DNA from: an uncultured virus (IMG/VR IMGVR_UViG_3300021400_000004)
Lineage: Duplodnaviria; Heunggongvirae; Uroviricota; Caudoviricetes
Length of the DNA stretch: 64,000 nt
Reading direction: 5' to 3' (one strand)
IMG/VR virus record: IMGVR_UViG_3300021400_000004
Of the stretch, positions 42,698-53,320 are shown one piece after another. Numbering within the stretch: the first letter of the stretch is position 1; every line of letters begins with the position of its first letter. The position numbers and the translations under genes are program-made. Under the pieces are notes generated by a model. That model searched no databases and was not told the origin of the DNA. It worked only from the letters and a program-made list of their open reading frames with translations.

Positions 42698-43615
42698 TCA
42701 CATAACTTCATTATGCACTGTTGTAACAACCCATTTATTATCATCAAAACTTTGAGGAGTAGTAACCGCAACAATACATTTATATAATAAATCATTATAA
42801 ATACAATAGTCACCAATCTTATATGTTTTAAGATTAGAGTATCCTTCTGTTGAGGTACTTGGATTAGGACTTACTTCTTCAGCTGGTAATTTAAAGACTG
42901 GACACCTATATCCTTCTGTACTACAGAAATTAATATATTTTTGACCATTTATTTTGTATATTGTGCTTGGCGGTTTGACGTCACCAAGAACTTGTACATA
43001 TATATTATCACTCCAACGTCCATACTGTAAAAAAGCTTTAGTTAATGTTACTGCATTATTAGCTGGAATCATTTGAGCTAAAGGAATTTCTTTTCCACTT
43101 GAAACATATCCATGTGTATTATCAACCGCCCACTTATATAGATCTGTTGTTGTTAAATCTTTATCTTTCCATGTATATCTCCAATAATTATCTTGTTCTG
43201 GCGGGGTGCAGATTACAAGACCATTTTCTAATAGATTGTCATCTTCTACTATTGTTTCTTGCTCTTCTACTATTTCAATATGATAATTATTTGTACTACA
43301 TACTGTTAAATCATCAACAGAAGAACCAATAGGAAGGGGCGTTAAATAAAGCGCGCACCCATTGTTTAATAATGGAATAAAAATACATCCGCACCATTTA
43401 AACCAATCTGTTAAATTGTTGCGGAAGGCGGTTCCCGCCCCATCAGACCTTGTGAAATTCATTACTCCACTAGCATCAATGCTCCAATAACATTGGGTAG
43501 ATGAATTACCCCAACGCATTTCAGTGTCATTATTTGAATATATAAAACCTTTAGAAGTAAGATATGTTTTTAAATCATTATATGTTTGAAAAATATTCTT
43601 TTCTATTTTACTCAT
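42698..43615 (-). CDS. Putative virion protein with a C-terminal carbohydrate-binding-like repeat
   Basis: YKIGDYCIYNDLLYKC...W resembles CBM5/12-type modules. Confidence 0.5.
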   Translation of the reverse strand: MSKIEKNIFQTYNDLKTYLTSKGFIYSNNDTEMRWGNSSTQCYWSIDASGVMNFTRSDGAGTAFRNNLTDWFKWCGCIFIPLLNNGCALYLTPLPIGSSVDDLTVCSTNNYHIEIVEEQETIVEDDNLLENGLVICTPPEQDNYWRYTWKDKDLTTTDLYKWAVDNTHGYVSSGKEIPLAQMIPANNAVTLTKAFLQYGRWSDNIYVQVLGDVKPPSTIYKINGQKYINFCSTEGYRCPVFKLPAEEVSPNPSTSTEGYSNLKTYKIGDYCIYNDLLYKCIVAVTTPQSFDDNKWVVTTVHNEVM

Positions 43616-43627
43616 ATCTTCGCCTCC

Positions 43628-44488
43628 TTAATTCTCAGGTAATTCTACTACAAGATTTTCATATATGCCTAAAAAGTTTCTACCATTAAAGCTAAAGAAT
43701 TTACCTTCAATTTCATCTTCAGGATATGTTGTACACAAATAAAGACCATCAAGAAAAGTATTTTCATAAGGTACTCGCACCAATGTACAAACTCCTTGAT
43801 TTATATTATTGTAAATTCTTTCGTTTTGAATAGGATGTTGTTGTGGATAATGATTAATTAAATTCACATAATTAAAAATACCTGTTGTAGCAGGAGATGT
43901 AGGATTATAGCTGTTAGAAAAATATTTCGCACCAATATGACAACCAAACCAAGAAATATCAGGAAGAGTATTATCAGAATCTGATCTCATAAAAATATTT
44001 CTTATATAACCAAAATTATTATAATTAGGAACATAAAAACTTGTAATACTACTTCCTTTTGTTGTGTTACGGAAAGTGTCGTAAGGTAATATTGATTGAG
44101 AACTTTTACAAGTTAAGAAGGGAGGCGTTATAATTAAATTACTGGTTAAATATAATTGAAGTATAAAATTATGATTCTTTAAAGGTATAAAAATAAAAGA
44201 TCTATATGGGAAGATAGAATTATCTACATTACCTCCTATCATATCATAATATGCTTCAATTTGATAAAAAGTGATAGTAGCATTTTGATTATAGGCAGTT
44301 ATAAGTTTATCTTGAAAAAAAGTTTCTCCACTTGTATCATATCGCCATCTAAATTTATCACCAAATGATAGTGTTGAAAGATCTGTTCCATCAAGATTAA
44401 CAAAACCAAATTCAGATAAATGATTTCTAAAGATATTAACATCATCAGTTGTTAGATAAGTATATGCACTTTGTCTATAAAAATCCAT
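43628..44488 (-). CDS. Putative virion protein, possibly a distant paralog of 42698-43615
   Basis: Shares FIFIPL and F(S/K)xNGxx(F/Y)-like segments with the neighbour; lies in the late operon. Confidence 0.45.
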   Translation of the reverse strand: MDFYRQSAYTYLTTDDVNIFRNHLSEFGFVNLDGTDLSTLSFGDKFRWRYDTSGETFFQDKLITAYNQNATITFYQIEAYYDMIGGNVDNSIFPYRSFIFIPLKNHNFILQLYLTSNLIITPPFLTCKSSQSILPYDTFRNTTKGSSITSFYVPNYNNFGYIRNIFMRSDSDNTLPDISWFGCHIGAKYFSNSYNPTSPATTGIFNYVNLINHYPQQHPIQNERIYNNINQGVCTLVRVPYENTFLDGLYLCTTYPEDEIEGKFFSFNGRNFLGIYENLVVELPEN

Positions 44489-44505
44489 TTTGCACTCAAC
44501 CTCCT

Positions 44506-45945
44506 TTACTTTAAATATATTTCTGTTATTTTATATGAACTCTTAGAAGTTGAAGCAAAATAAACTCCTTGAGTTTGTGTTATATTATAATGAACTAAAG
44601 TACTTGAATTTAAACTGCCTTGTTCATAAGTTTCCCTATAAGTTCCATTGACCAATGAAGGTAATGAAGCATTTTCATTTGAAAATACTCCTATTTCATA
44701 ATTAATTGTGCTTCCCGCAACAACTGGCTCAACTCTAAAATAAATTTCATTTGCTTCTAATCCAATACTATTAATATCAAACCAAATACCTTCAACTGCT
44801 TCGGTATTATTAGACGTTAAGGTATTTTCATTCATATTATATAAATGATAATTTAAACTATAATTAACAAATTTATTATTTTTATAAATATGATAAATAG
44901 CATTATAACCATCTTCAAAATCTTGAACTACTACATTAGATCCATATAATACTGAATCATCTTCGCCAGTATCATTAGACGCATCATTTTCAAAAGAAGT
45001 TGCGCTAATAGGCGGCACGGTAGCAAGAGTCGGCGCAGCATATAAATTATTTGAAGCAAATTCAAATTGACTAACTCCGCTGCCAGTAGAAGTAAACATT
45101 GTTGATAGCACTTCCGCATCAGTATTATCAAAAGGAATTATGGCTTCACTATCAGTTGGAATATATCCATACTTACCTTCTGTTGTAACACCAAATTTAA
45201 AGAAATGAGTTTTATTATTAGTTTCATACTGTAATCTATTTTCTAAATCTTTTATTCTATTTTGAAATTGACTCAGTATTTCAGTTGTTTTTAATTGATA
45301 ATCAGCTATTGCTTTATATACAGCTTTATTTTGAACTGCATTAGTTGAATCTGGATCAAGATTCTTGTCAATAGCTATTATACCACTTCTTAGCCAAGCT
45401 ACGAAGTCAGTTTCATCACCTGTATAGCCTTGGTCTAACCAAGATTCATATGCTGATTTACCTGGGTCTCCTTTTAATGCGGCGACCTGCTCATCTGAGA
45501 GTGTAACTTCTCCCATCGGTCCTTGAGGGCCTTGTATACCCTGAGGACCAACAGGACCTTGTATACCCTGAGGGCCTCGCAATTCTTCTTTTTGAGCTGG
45601 GGTTAATGCTTCGAAAGACACCTCGACCGCGCTTTTACCTCGTACATTAATACCAGTATTTTCATTATTAACATATACCCAGCCAGCATCATCTATATAT
45701 ATATTATCTCTATCCCAAAAATTTTCGTCTCCACTATAATCTCCATGAGGCATTATAGTATTTTCTTTTTTGTAAATATCTAAAGCTAACCAATAAGTCC
45801 TATTAATATCTAATCCCGGATTCTTATCAGTTGATGTTGATACTGCTTTATAAATGATATTTGCATAAGTTACTAAATCGCCCTCATAATAAGTAATAGT
45901 AGATTTCCATTCATTTGGGAGTGTACTATTCATTGTTGTTGGCAT
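44506..45945 (-). CDS. Collagen-repeat fibre protein with an N-terminal CBM-like module
   Basis: GPQGIQGPVGPQGIQGPQG, GKSAYESWL, WKSTITYYEGDLVTY. Confidence 0.7.
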   Translation of the reverse strand: MPTTMNSTLPNEWKSTITYYEGDLVTYANIIYKAVSTSTDKNPGLDINRTYWLALDIYKKENTIMPHGDYSGDENFWDRDNIYIDDAGWVYVNNENTGINVRGKSAVEVSFEALTPAQKEELRGPQGIQGPVGPQGIQGPQGPMGEVTLSDEQVAALKGDPGKSAYESWLDQGYTGDETDFVAWLRSGIIAIDKNLDPDSTNAVQNKAVYKAIADYQLKTTEILSQFQNRIKDLENRLQYETNNKTHFFKFGVTTEGKYGYIPTDSEAIIPFDNTDAEVLSTMFTSTGSGVSQFEFASNNLYAAPTLATVPPISATSFENDASNDTGEDDSVLYGSNVVVQDFEDGYNAIYHIYKNNKFVNYSLNYHLYNMNENTLTSNNTEAVEGIWFDINSIGLEANEIYFRVEPVVAGSTINYEIGVFSNENASLPSLVNGTYRETYEQGSLNSSTLVHYNITQTQGVYFASTSKSSYKITEIYLK

Positions 45946-47659
45946 CTGTTGTATCTCCTTCTATCTCTTCTTCAGATTCCTCTGAACCTTTAAGTTTTAT
46001 ATAAAATTCATCTTTATCAATTCCAATAATATATACGTTACTTGTATATGTATCATCAGTTATTTCATGTGGATTACCATATGCTGCAATAATCGTTTCA
46101 AGAGTAGTAATTCTTGTTTGGAGTGAAGCAACTGTAGATTGTAAAGATGCAATTTGTCTTTCGTATCCATTTTGTTTATCAAAAACATTATCTACAAAAT
46201 ATGTATATAAATCACCTGATCTAACTATATTTAGACTATTAACAGTTGGCTCTGCATCATATGTTAATATATTTTGTTTACCAGATAATGTTTCACCATT
46301 ACCATTTGTAATATCACCTGAAATAGTTAAGTTACCTGTTTTAGATAATTCTAATATATTACTTCTATTTTGCGCATTTCCATAACCAATTTCAAGAAAA
46401 TCATTTGCTTTAGCTTCATTATATTTTCCTAATATAACTTGGTTATTTTCAGAAGCCACAAGATTATCACCAAAACCTATTATATTTGAATATGTTGATG
46501 TAATACCTTTTTTGATAGATTGTAATGCGGGATTCCAGGTTAGTGACGCATCATATTTAGCCTCATCAAGCGTGCCATCAGTGGTTCGCGCAGCATAAAG
46601 TAATGATAAGTCTTGATTAGTATTAGCTAAATTTTGAACCGGTTTACCGCTTTGAACACTTACTTGTTCTATTGCTTCATAAATAGCTTTATTAGTTACA
46701 GGATTTAATGATTGAGGTATTAATTCTGTATCAACAGTATAATTATCAATAAAATTTTTGTAAGTATCATTAAAATCATAAGTCGATAATTGTTTTCCTA
46801 CAACTTTATCTATTTTGTTTGATAATATATTACCATTTCCATCACTAATTTCTCCATCTGCTATCACATTACCAGACCAATCAACAGAGAAAGCATTAGA
46901 TTTGTCTAAATCTGTTTGTCCATTACCTATAATAAAAGGTTTATCTACAGCAGTATTATTCTTACCGACAACAAATTGATTTGCATAATTTGCTATTGTT
47001 TTATATCCTGAACTGAATGAATTATTTCCATTAGCTTGAGTATAATATCCTGAAGCAGTGGCACCCGCCCCGTTCGCAATATTATTATTACCTTTATAAT
47101 TCATTAAAATAGAACCATTACCAGTTCCTTGTTTAATAATACCATTAGCTAAATTTGCTATATATTGATAAAAATCTGATACTGGATGGGCATCAGGATT
47201 ATCTAGCCATCCATTTTCATCAAGCCAAACTTCATATGCACTTAAACCATTTATACCATCTTTTCCATCTTGTCCATTAATACCATTTACGCCATCTCGT
47301 CCATCCTGTCCTTTTAGACTAGCCTTTTGTTCTTCTGTTAAATCATCCCAAGCAATAGCTGAGATACCTGCGGGACCGCGCACATTGATACCTGTATTTT
47401 CGCCATTATAAAAGATATATCCATTTATATCAATAGAAATAGGGTAGTCTGTCCAAAAATCATTGGTCGGTCCAGTATTGTTTGGATCTTGATCCATCAT
47501 TGACTTTTGCACAGTAGACATTGGAAAAAAGTAATCTTCATAATGTAAATTACCTTGTTCATCAACAGTAGGAGAACCTGGTAATGCTTCAGTCGAATCA
47601 CCTGAAGTATATAAATCATAATCATTAGTATTTATATTCCAATTATTTGCCATTGTCAA
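45926..47659 (-). CDS. Collagen-repeat and YadA-head-like fibre protein
   Basis: GxDG repeats, ANGAGATASGYYTQANGNNSFSSG, C-terminal coiled coil; shares NxENTGINVRG with 44506-45945. Confidence 0.7.
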   Translation of the reverse strand: MTMANNWNINTNDYDLYTSGDSTEALPGSPTVDEQGNLHYEDYFFPMSTVQKSMMDQDPNNTGPTNDFWTDYPISIDINGYIFYNGENTGINVRGPAGISAIAWDDLTEEQKASLKGQDGRDGVNGINGQDGKDGINGLSAYEVWLDENGWLDNPDAHPVSDFYQYIANLANGIIKQGTGNGSILMNYKGNNNIANGAGATASGYYTQANGNNSFSSGYKTIANYANQFVVGKNNTAVDKPFIIGNGQTDLDKSNAFSVDWSGNVIADGEISDGNGNILSNKIDKVVGKQLSTYDFNDTYKNFIDNYTVDTELIPQSLNPVTNKAIYEAIEQVSVQSGKPVQNLANTNQDLSLLYAARTTDGTLDEAKYDASLTWNPALQSIKKGITSTYSNIIGFGDNLVASENNQVILGKYNEAKANDFLEIGYGNAQNRSNILELSKTGNLTISGDITNGNGETLSGKQNILTYDAEPTVNSLNIVRSGDLYTYFVDNVFDKQNGYERQIASLQSTVASLQTRITTLETIIAAYGNPHEITDDTYTSNVYIIGIDKDEFYIKLKGSEESEEEIEGDTTDANNNE

Positions 47660-47782
47660 GCCTCCTTTTCTTAAAATTATATTATATAAATAATATGAAA
47701 AAATAAAACATTTTATTAAAGATTGTTGTCCTTATAAAATAAAAATGCGGGAGTTGCATAATTTTTAGCAACTCCCGCATCA

Positions 47783-47998
47783 TTATTCTGCCTCTACCTC
47801 TTCTATTAAAATAGAATCTGTTATAATACAGTTCTTTACAACTTTTAAAGAACTTAATAAGTTAGTCTGTAAAAGCTCTACTATTTTAGTTTTTACATTC
47901 TCAAGGTCATTTTCTACATAAACTGTTCCATCTGCATTTGTAAGATATTTCCATCTATCAGCAGTAGAATTACTTAATTTAATTAAAATAGAATACAT
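47783..47998 (-). CDS. Hypothetical protein
   Basis: ORF with GGAGG RBS, followed by a terminator (47744-47780). Confidence 0.6.
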   Translation of the reverse strand: MYSILIKLSNSTADRWKYLTNADGTVYVENDLENVKTKIVELLQTNLLSSLKVVKNCIITDSILIEEVEAE

Positions 47999-48010
47999 TT
48001 TTTAATCCTC

Positions 48011-48547
48011 CTATTTATATTTTTTATGGAGTATTTTTTGTTCTTCTATAATATCTACAATATCATAATTTGTAGCTATTTTATTTAATTGATATTGCTC
48101 TGCGGTCTTTAGCTCTTCCGAAACATCACAGATAAGTTCCATGATTTTGCAAGCCGCGCCAACCTCACCGATATTCATTAGCTCTTGATACATAGTTTGA
48201 TATAAATGTTTAGTATCCTTTTCCCATTCAACCCACTTATTTAATCCATCTTGTATAGCAATGCGTTTAGTCTTTGTATCTACATCTTGTCTAGTGTAAT
48301 TAAGCCAGTTTGATGGTACAACATTAGGATTTTCAAATTTTAAATTTGGAAGAAGCTTATTATAAGTAGTTACATAGTAATGATATATTTCTCTATAACT
48401 TTTACTTTCTTCTTCATAATGATGTTCATGACATTGTCTATATCCATCTAAGCCAAGAAAATCATAATAATTAGCAAATTGTTCATGCACCATAAAACCT
48501 TTTAACATATGAGCTACAATTTTAGAAAAGATTTCTTCAACGGTCAT
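48011..48547 (-). CDS. Ferritin-like protein
   Basis: Helical protein with His/Glu ligand-like patterns (HEQFA, HEHHYEEE, WVEWE, DVSEEL). Confidence 0.65.
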   Translation of the reverse strand: MTVEEIFSKIVAHMLKGFMVHEQFANYYDFLGLDGYRQCHEHHYEEESKSYREIYHYYVTTYNKLLPNLKFENPNVVPSNWLNYTRQDVDTKTKRIAIQDGLNKWVEWEKDTKHLYQTMYQELMNIGEVGAACKIMELICDVSEELKTAEQYQLNKIATNYDIVDIIEEQKILHKKYK

Positions 48548-48633
48548 ACATTTTACCCTCCTGATTATTTTTTATTAAAAAAATGGCTTTACAATTAACT
48601 TATAAAAAGCAAAATTGTAAAGCCATAAAATAA

Positions 48634-49038
48634 TTAACAAATTTTAGTTACAGTAATATTAGCAATAGCATAATCACTTTCTATTGAGTTAATTACTTGA
48701 ATAGTTGTTGGACTTGTGCAGCAACTACAAGTATTATTTTCTGCAACTTGTACAAGAGTGGTAAATGACAGTGCGTCATATGAATCTACGGTTCCTGTTG
48801 AAACAGATTGCGCTTGAGGTTGTAAAATTCCATTTTTACTTAATTGGATTCCAATCTCGCCTGCTGCGGTTGGTGCTAAAGAAGCATCGCAACTAACCAT
48901 ATATACTCCACATTTATTTAATTGAATTGTTGCGGGACCCGCAACTACAGCGGTACATCCCTTTGATATATTTACATTATTAAACGGTATTGCAGTATTA
49001 TCTGCTACCGTAATATTTGTGCTATAAGCCTCTAACAT
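48634..49038 (-). CDS. BclA-C/C1q-like beta-sandwich protein, Cys-rich
   Basis: AIPFNN...IQLNKCGVYMVS...QLSKNG...ANITVTKI; CSCC. Confidence 0.6.
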   Translation of the reverse strand: MLEAYSTNITVADNTAIPFNNVNISKGCTAVVAGPATIQLNKCGVYMVSCDASLAPTAAGEIGIQLSKNGILQPQAQSVSTGTVDSYDALSFTTLVQVAENNTCSCCTSPTTIQVINSIESDYAIANITVTKIC

Positions 49039-49137
49039 TTTTATTCCCTCCTAATAAAAAAATAAATGGGGTATACTTTAGATTACTAAAGTACACCCCA
49101 CTTTTAAATTAAGGCGTACTAAATACGCTCAGATAAT

Positions 49138-49797
49138 TTAAGCCATTCCTCCGCAGCATCCACAGAATGGATTGCAACCACTTGAGTAAACTGAACTCGT
49201 TGGGTATCTAACAACACCAGCAGTAGCCTGAGCTAACTGAAGTGCGCCAACCTGATCCCTAAGTGACTGAATTTCATTTTGATCCATCTTAGATGTAAGT
49301 CTTTGCTCAAGACCTGCGAGAGCCATTGCGTTTTCATACTTAGCTTGCGCAATGTTTGCGTTAGTTGCGGCAGCAGTCTCAGAAATGAGCAGCTTTGTAT
49401 TGCAGCAGCATTCATTCTGGTTTGCTATGGCTTGAGCCTGACCAACACGAACCTCTGCAATATCTCTTTCAAGTTCATTATATTTGTCTCCAAGAACTGA
49501 AACAGTATCGTGGAATGTTTGGTTTGTTGCGGCTACGCTTTGAGCGGTTCCCGCATTAACTGCTGCTAAGATGTCACGAGTCTGTGCCTGAAGGTTCTGA
49601 TTATCGAACCCTCTCTGAACTTCATTTGAAGTTGCATAATTTTCATAACCAAGGCCTCTATTATTTCCACCCCAGTTAAAACCTCCGCCCATAAGAGCGA
49701 GGATAGCAAATAACCAAATGAATGAGCCATTTCCATTAAAGCCTCCATCATTCAGTAATGCTACATCAGATGCTGATAAACCTGTACCATTATCCAT
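49138..49797 (-). CDS. Conserved phage protein: Gly-flanked hydrophobic segment, coiled coil and Cys clusters
   Basis: LSASDVALL, FIWLFAILALMGGG, ECCC, C-terminal GCNPFCGCCG; higher GC than neighbours. Confidence 0.75.
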   Translation of the reverse strand: MDNGTGLSASDVALLNDGGFNGNGSFIWLFAILALMGGGFNWGGNNRGLGYENYATSNEVQRGFDNQNLQAQTRDILAAVNAGTAQSVAATNQTFHDTVSVLGDKYNELERDIAEVRVGQAQAIANQNECCCNTKLLISETAAATNANIAQAKYENAMALAGLEQRLTSKMDQNEIQSLRDQVGALQLAQATAGVVRYPTSSVYSSGCNPFCGCCGGMA

Positions 49798-49851
49798 TTT
49801 TGTTTCCCTCCTAAAATAAAATATTTTTTATATAATAAAACCTTTATGGTT

Positions 49852-50124
49852 TTATCTCAATGGATTTAATATGGAATCTGGGTTTATGCCTTTTTGTTGA
49901 GCAAGTTGATAAAAAACTTGTTCGGCATTCCCTCCATTTTGCTGAACTAAGTCTATTGCTTCTTTAAATTTTGGATTGTTTTGCATTAAATTTAATATGA
50001 AGCCATTTTTATCTTTTGATAGTTTAAATTGTCTATATAAATCCCCTATATTATTTGTTGCTTGGGGCGATTGAAACTGTCTTCTTGATAATTGGTTGAG
50101 TTGTTGTTGGTATAACCTGTTCAT
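49852..50124 (-). CDS. Small Gln/Asn-rich conserved phage protein
   Basis: NGGNAEQVFYQLAQQKGINP. Confidence 0.7.
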   Translation of the reverse strand: MNRLYQQQLNQLSRRQFQSPQATNNIGDLYRQFKLSKDKNGFILNLMQNNPKFKEAIDLVQQNGGNAEQVFYQLAQQKGINPDSILNPLR

Positions 50125-50506
50125 TGTTCGTTCCCTCCTCTTGAGATTGTGGTATTATTGACATTAATAAATCTCTTAATTCATCTTTTTTAACATACTG
50201 AGATAAATCTACTGATGTATTTGTTTGTTCTTCTTCAGGATAATATTTATTTCTTGAAAGAGAAACTCTTCCTTGAGCATCTGTCATTTTAATATAAAAA
50301 ACATTATCCTCTTCATTATCCATAAGAATTACAAATGAATTTGGTTTAAATAATGGATAAGCTTTAGCGCCTATTTCACCATTTACCCATATTATATTAT
50401 AATTACCATCAATCATTGGTGAATCATATACGGGTTTATTATTAAACCCTTGATTCGACATATAGTTGTTATAACCCATCATTGGGTTCATATATTGATT
50501 ATTCAT
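50051..50506 (-). CDS. Conserved phage protein with a low-complexity N/M/Y N-terminus
   Basis: IIWVNGEIGAKAYP...VILMD...VFYIK...D...GR; YVKKDEL. Confidence 0.7.
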   Translation of the reverse strand: MNNQYMNPMMGYNNYMSNQGFNNKPVYDSPMIDGNYNIIWVNGEIGAKAYPLFKPNSFVILMDNEEDNVFYIKMTDAQGRVSLSRNKYYPEEEQTNTSVDLSQYVKKDELRDLLMSIIPQSQEEGTNNEQVIPTTTQPIIKKTVSIAPSNK

Positions 50507-50581
50507 AAGAATAAACCTCCCTCGTATTTATATATAAAAAATTAAATATATAATTTAAAAATCTTCGACCAAAAATTTTTT

Positions 50582-52909
50582 TTATGATGTAACCTTAGTG
50601 TATCGAATTGCAATTATGACATCTGTATGCGAATGTGCACTATGGAAATATACCTCTTGAGTAGTTGGATTTGGAACAAGTATTATCTCTTGTTGATTAT
50701 TCATACAATCAACATAACCACTATTATTCCTTTTAGCATAAAGTGTCGTTATATCAATCCAACCAATACCCGCTGGAAGTGCTTGTGCGAAAATATCATT
50801 GGCATATGAAAAATTATTTGTACCATTTTCTCTTAACACTATTGTTTTTTCATATACATCAGAACCATCAATCCACTTACCTACTACTTGTTCTGTTGTT
50901 GAATAGGTATGAGAAGATGATCCGCTGCCAGAATCTAACTTTACTCCATATATTTTATGTACATAAGCACCATTAGTTCTTAATACAGCTAATGTAGTAT
51001 CATCAATATATCGCATATCACAATAACCAGCATCATTATATACAACATAAAAATCAGATGTATATCTATTTATTATATCATCAGTAAAATATGCAGCTGT
51101 TTGAAAACCTGCTACTTGCGATGAATAATTTGTGCAAAAAATTAAAATGTCATAATTAGTAATGCTGTCACTTAATGTAACATTACCAACTGAAAAACCT
51201 GTCGTATTAGTTTCAGCTAATTTAACAATATTTACTCCACTACCAGAGCCTCCGCCACCTGAACTAATACCATATGTCTTGTCCATATACTTAATTTGCG
51301 ATTCGTTGCCGCCACTTGTAGCATATTTAAGATTACTTATAGTAGCTTCCCAAGCAACATAAGCAATAACTAAATAATACTCACCGCTTAATTCTGATAC
51401 GTCTAAAGTTTGAGTTCCAAGATCTCTATTAGTATCAGTAACTTCATATCTATTCCATATTGTCCAATTTACATTTGGAGCATATGCCCAAGTCGAAGGT
51501 GCTGAACTACATAATCCAATTCCTAAATCTCTAATAGGGTTTTCACTACCAGGATGTAAAGAATCATAAGAATCTCCAGTCACTAAGTCATAAGTAAGAT
51601 AATCATAATCTGTCACATCTATTCGACTGTAATAAAATGTTGCAGCAATTCCGCTTAAACTAGCGGTGTTCCAAGTCATTTCTACTGATTTTTCTGAAGG
51701 TGTAATAACTATATTAGAACTTTCAGAAATGTTAGTAGGATTTGACATATTTATTGGAGTTGTTGCTCCAACAGAACTTTCAGGTATAAACCTAATTGTA
51801 CCATCATTCTTTTGTGCTGAAGTAAGTTCATTATAATCACTTAAGGTTATTTCTTCTGCGGAAGCATTTCCACCTCCACCGCCGCTTCCAAGTTTTAATC
51901 CATATATAGTATCAATGACATCATATTGTACTGCATTTTTTGTTAAAGTTGAAAGATCAGTAACAGTATACCATGCATAATAAGCATCATCATTTAATTC
52001 AATTACATCACCTGGATTAATATTTGAACTTACATAAAAAGTTGACATTTTCCATGTAGGTGTAGTTGATCTAAAACCTGAAATTAATATTATATCAAAA
52101 TCATTAATAGGTTTAGTTAAATTAATAGTGTCAGGAATTGTACCTGCTGTGTTCTTATATATTTGTTCAGTGGTTGTTGCACTTCCACCACCAGAACCTT
52201 CAATGTCATAAATTGTTCCATCTATTTCAATAGTAGATAATGTATCTGTTGCAGTTCCTTGCGGGTTTGGGGTCACGCTTGAACCACCGCCACTTTCATT
52301 TGCGTTTTCCCATTTTTCAGTTGTAGAATTATATTTTAATACTTGACCATTTGCAAGGTTAGTCAAATCTACATCTGTTAAGTCGGACATAGCTGATGCG
52401 GTGCCCCCGCCTTGAGGCGCATAAAGGCTTCCACTAACTCCATCAATTTCATAGTCAGCTATTTTAGTACCTGTAGCAAGAGTAGGAGTAATTGATACGT
52501 CACTCCCGCCACCTTGCGCGCTTATAACGTTATTTTCAATAGTAATGTTAGTTCCTGCGGTCAGGCGGTCTTGCTTTGCGGAAACCATGCTTTGTGACGC
52601 TGCAAGGCTAGAACTGTTACCAGCAACACTTGTGATACCAGTAATATTGGACACGTTCTGTCCGTCCGTAAACGTTAACCCCGCCTCGCCATCTATAGTT
52701 AATCTCTTATTTTCTGTAGTATTACTTTTTAAAAGTAAAGTATTTTCATTAATTAAACTATCACTAAACCTTTGTTCAGTTTCAGACAAAGAAATTGTAA
52801 CGTCAGGCAAGTGAAGTATATTATTTTCATCAGGTTTTAGAACTCCCTCCAAATCAGTTTTCTTTGCTAATAAGTCTTTTTGATTTGGTGTTAAACTCAT
52901 TCTTGCCAC
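50582..52909 (-). CDS. Modular tail fibre/adhesin protein
   Basis: Gly-linker-separated modules: LTAGTNITIENNVISA, LTDVDL, YNELTSAQKNDG, YSTTEQVVGKWIDG. Confidence 0.7.
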   Translation of the reverse strand: MARMSLTPNQKDLLAKKTDLEGVLKPDENNILHLPDVTISLSETEQRFSDSLINENTLLLKSNTTENKRLTIDGEAGLTFTDGQNVSNITGITSVAGNSSSLAASQSMVSAKQDRLTAGTNITIENNVISAQGGGSDVSITPTLATGTKIADYEIDGVSGSLYAPQGGGTASAMSDLTDVDLTNLANGQVLKYNSTTEKWENANESGGGSSVTPNPQGTATDTLSTIEIDGTIYDIEGSGGGSATTTEQIYKNTAGTIPDTINLTKPINDFDIILISGFRSTTPTWKMSTFYVSSNINPGDVIELNDDAYYAWYTVTDLSTLTKNAVQYDVIDTIYGLKLGSGGGGGNASAEEITLSDYNELTSAQKNDGTIRFIPESSVGATTPINMSNPTNISESSNIVITPSEKSVEMTWNTASLSGIAATFYYSRIDVTDYDYLTYDLVTGDSYDSLHPGSENPIRDLGIGLCSSAPSTWAYAPNVNWTIWNRYEVTDTNRDLGTQTLDVSELSGEYYLVIAYVAWEATISNLKYATSGGNESQIKYMDKTYGISSGGGGSGSGVNIVKLAETNTTGFSVGNVTLSDSITNYDILIFCTNYSSQVAGFQTAAYFTDDIINRYTSDFYVVYNDAGYCDMRYIDDTTLAVLRTNGAYVHKIYGVKLDSGSGSSSHTYSTTEQVVGKWIDGSDVYEKTIVLRENGTNNFSYANDIFAQALPAGIGWIDITTLYAKRNNSGYVDCMNNQQEIILVPNPTTQEVYFHSAHSHTDVIIAIRYTKVTS

Positions 52910-53102
52910 CTCTCTTGTAATTTAAAAATAGATAAAAAAAATGCGAGAACTCGCGCTAGTAATCCTCTATCTAGCTCCCTCCAAATATACATAGAAAATT
53001 AATAGTTTAAGTTCTCGTATTTTCCTCTTGTTATATATAAAAAATATAGCACTAAGATTTACTATATTTGTCCTAAGTTGTTAAAAAATTTTTGCTTAAA
53101 TT

Positions 53103-53261
53103 TTAATTAGAAGCCTTATCCCCTGTAAGCTCCTTTTTCTCTAATGGACACCACATCGGCTTTTGTTCGTTGTATTGCTTATCGCTTATAGCCCATCGTC
53201 CGTCTAACTTACATAAATCATCATCAATTACATATGGACAATCTTTACATGCTTTTATCAT
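53103..53261 (-). CDS. Small Cys-containing protein (52 aa, not in the ORF track)
   Basis: MIKACKDCPY...C...KPMWCPL; AGGAG RBS. Confidence 0.5.
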   Translation of the reverse strand: MIKACKDCPYVIDDDLCKLDGRWAISDKQYNEQKPMWCPLEKKELTGDKASN

Positions 53262-53320
53262 TATTCTTCTCCTTTTTCTTCTATAGCGTAATTAGGTTTA
53301 GGGTGATTACTAATCAACCT

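Noticed and set aside
41717..49751. Alternative-frame minus-strand ORFs (41717-41938, 44931-45131, 49233-49415, 49566-49751)
   Set aside because: They are nested out of frame within better-supported genes and have no RBS.
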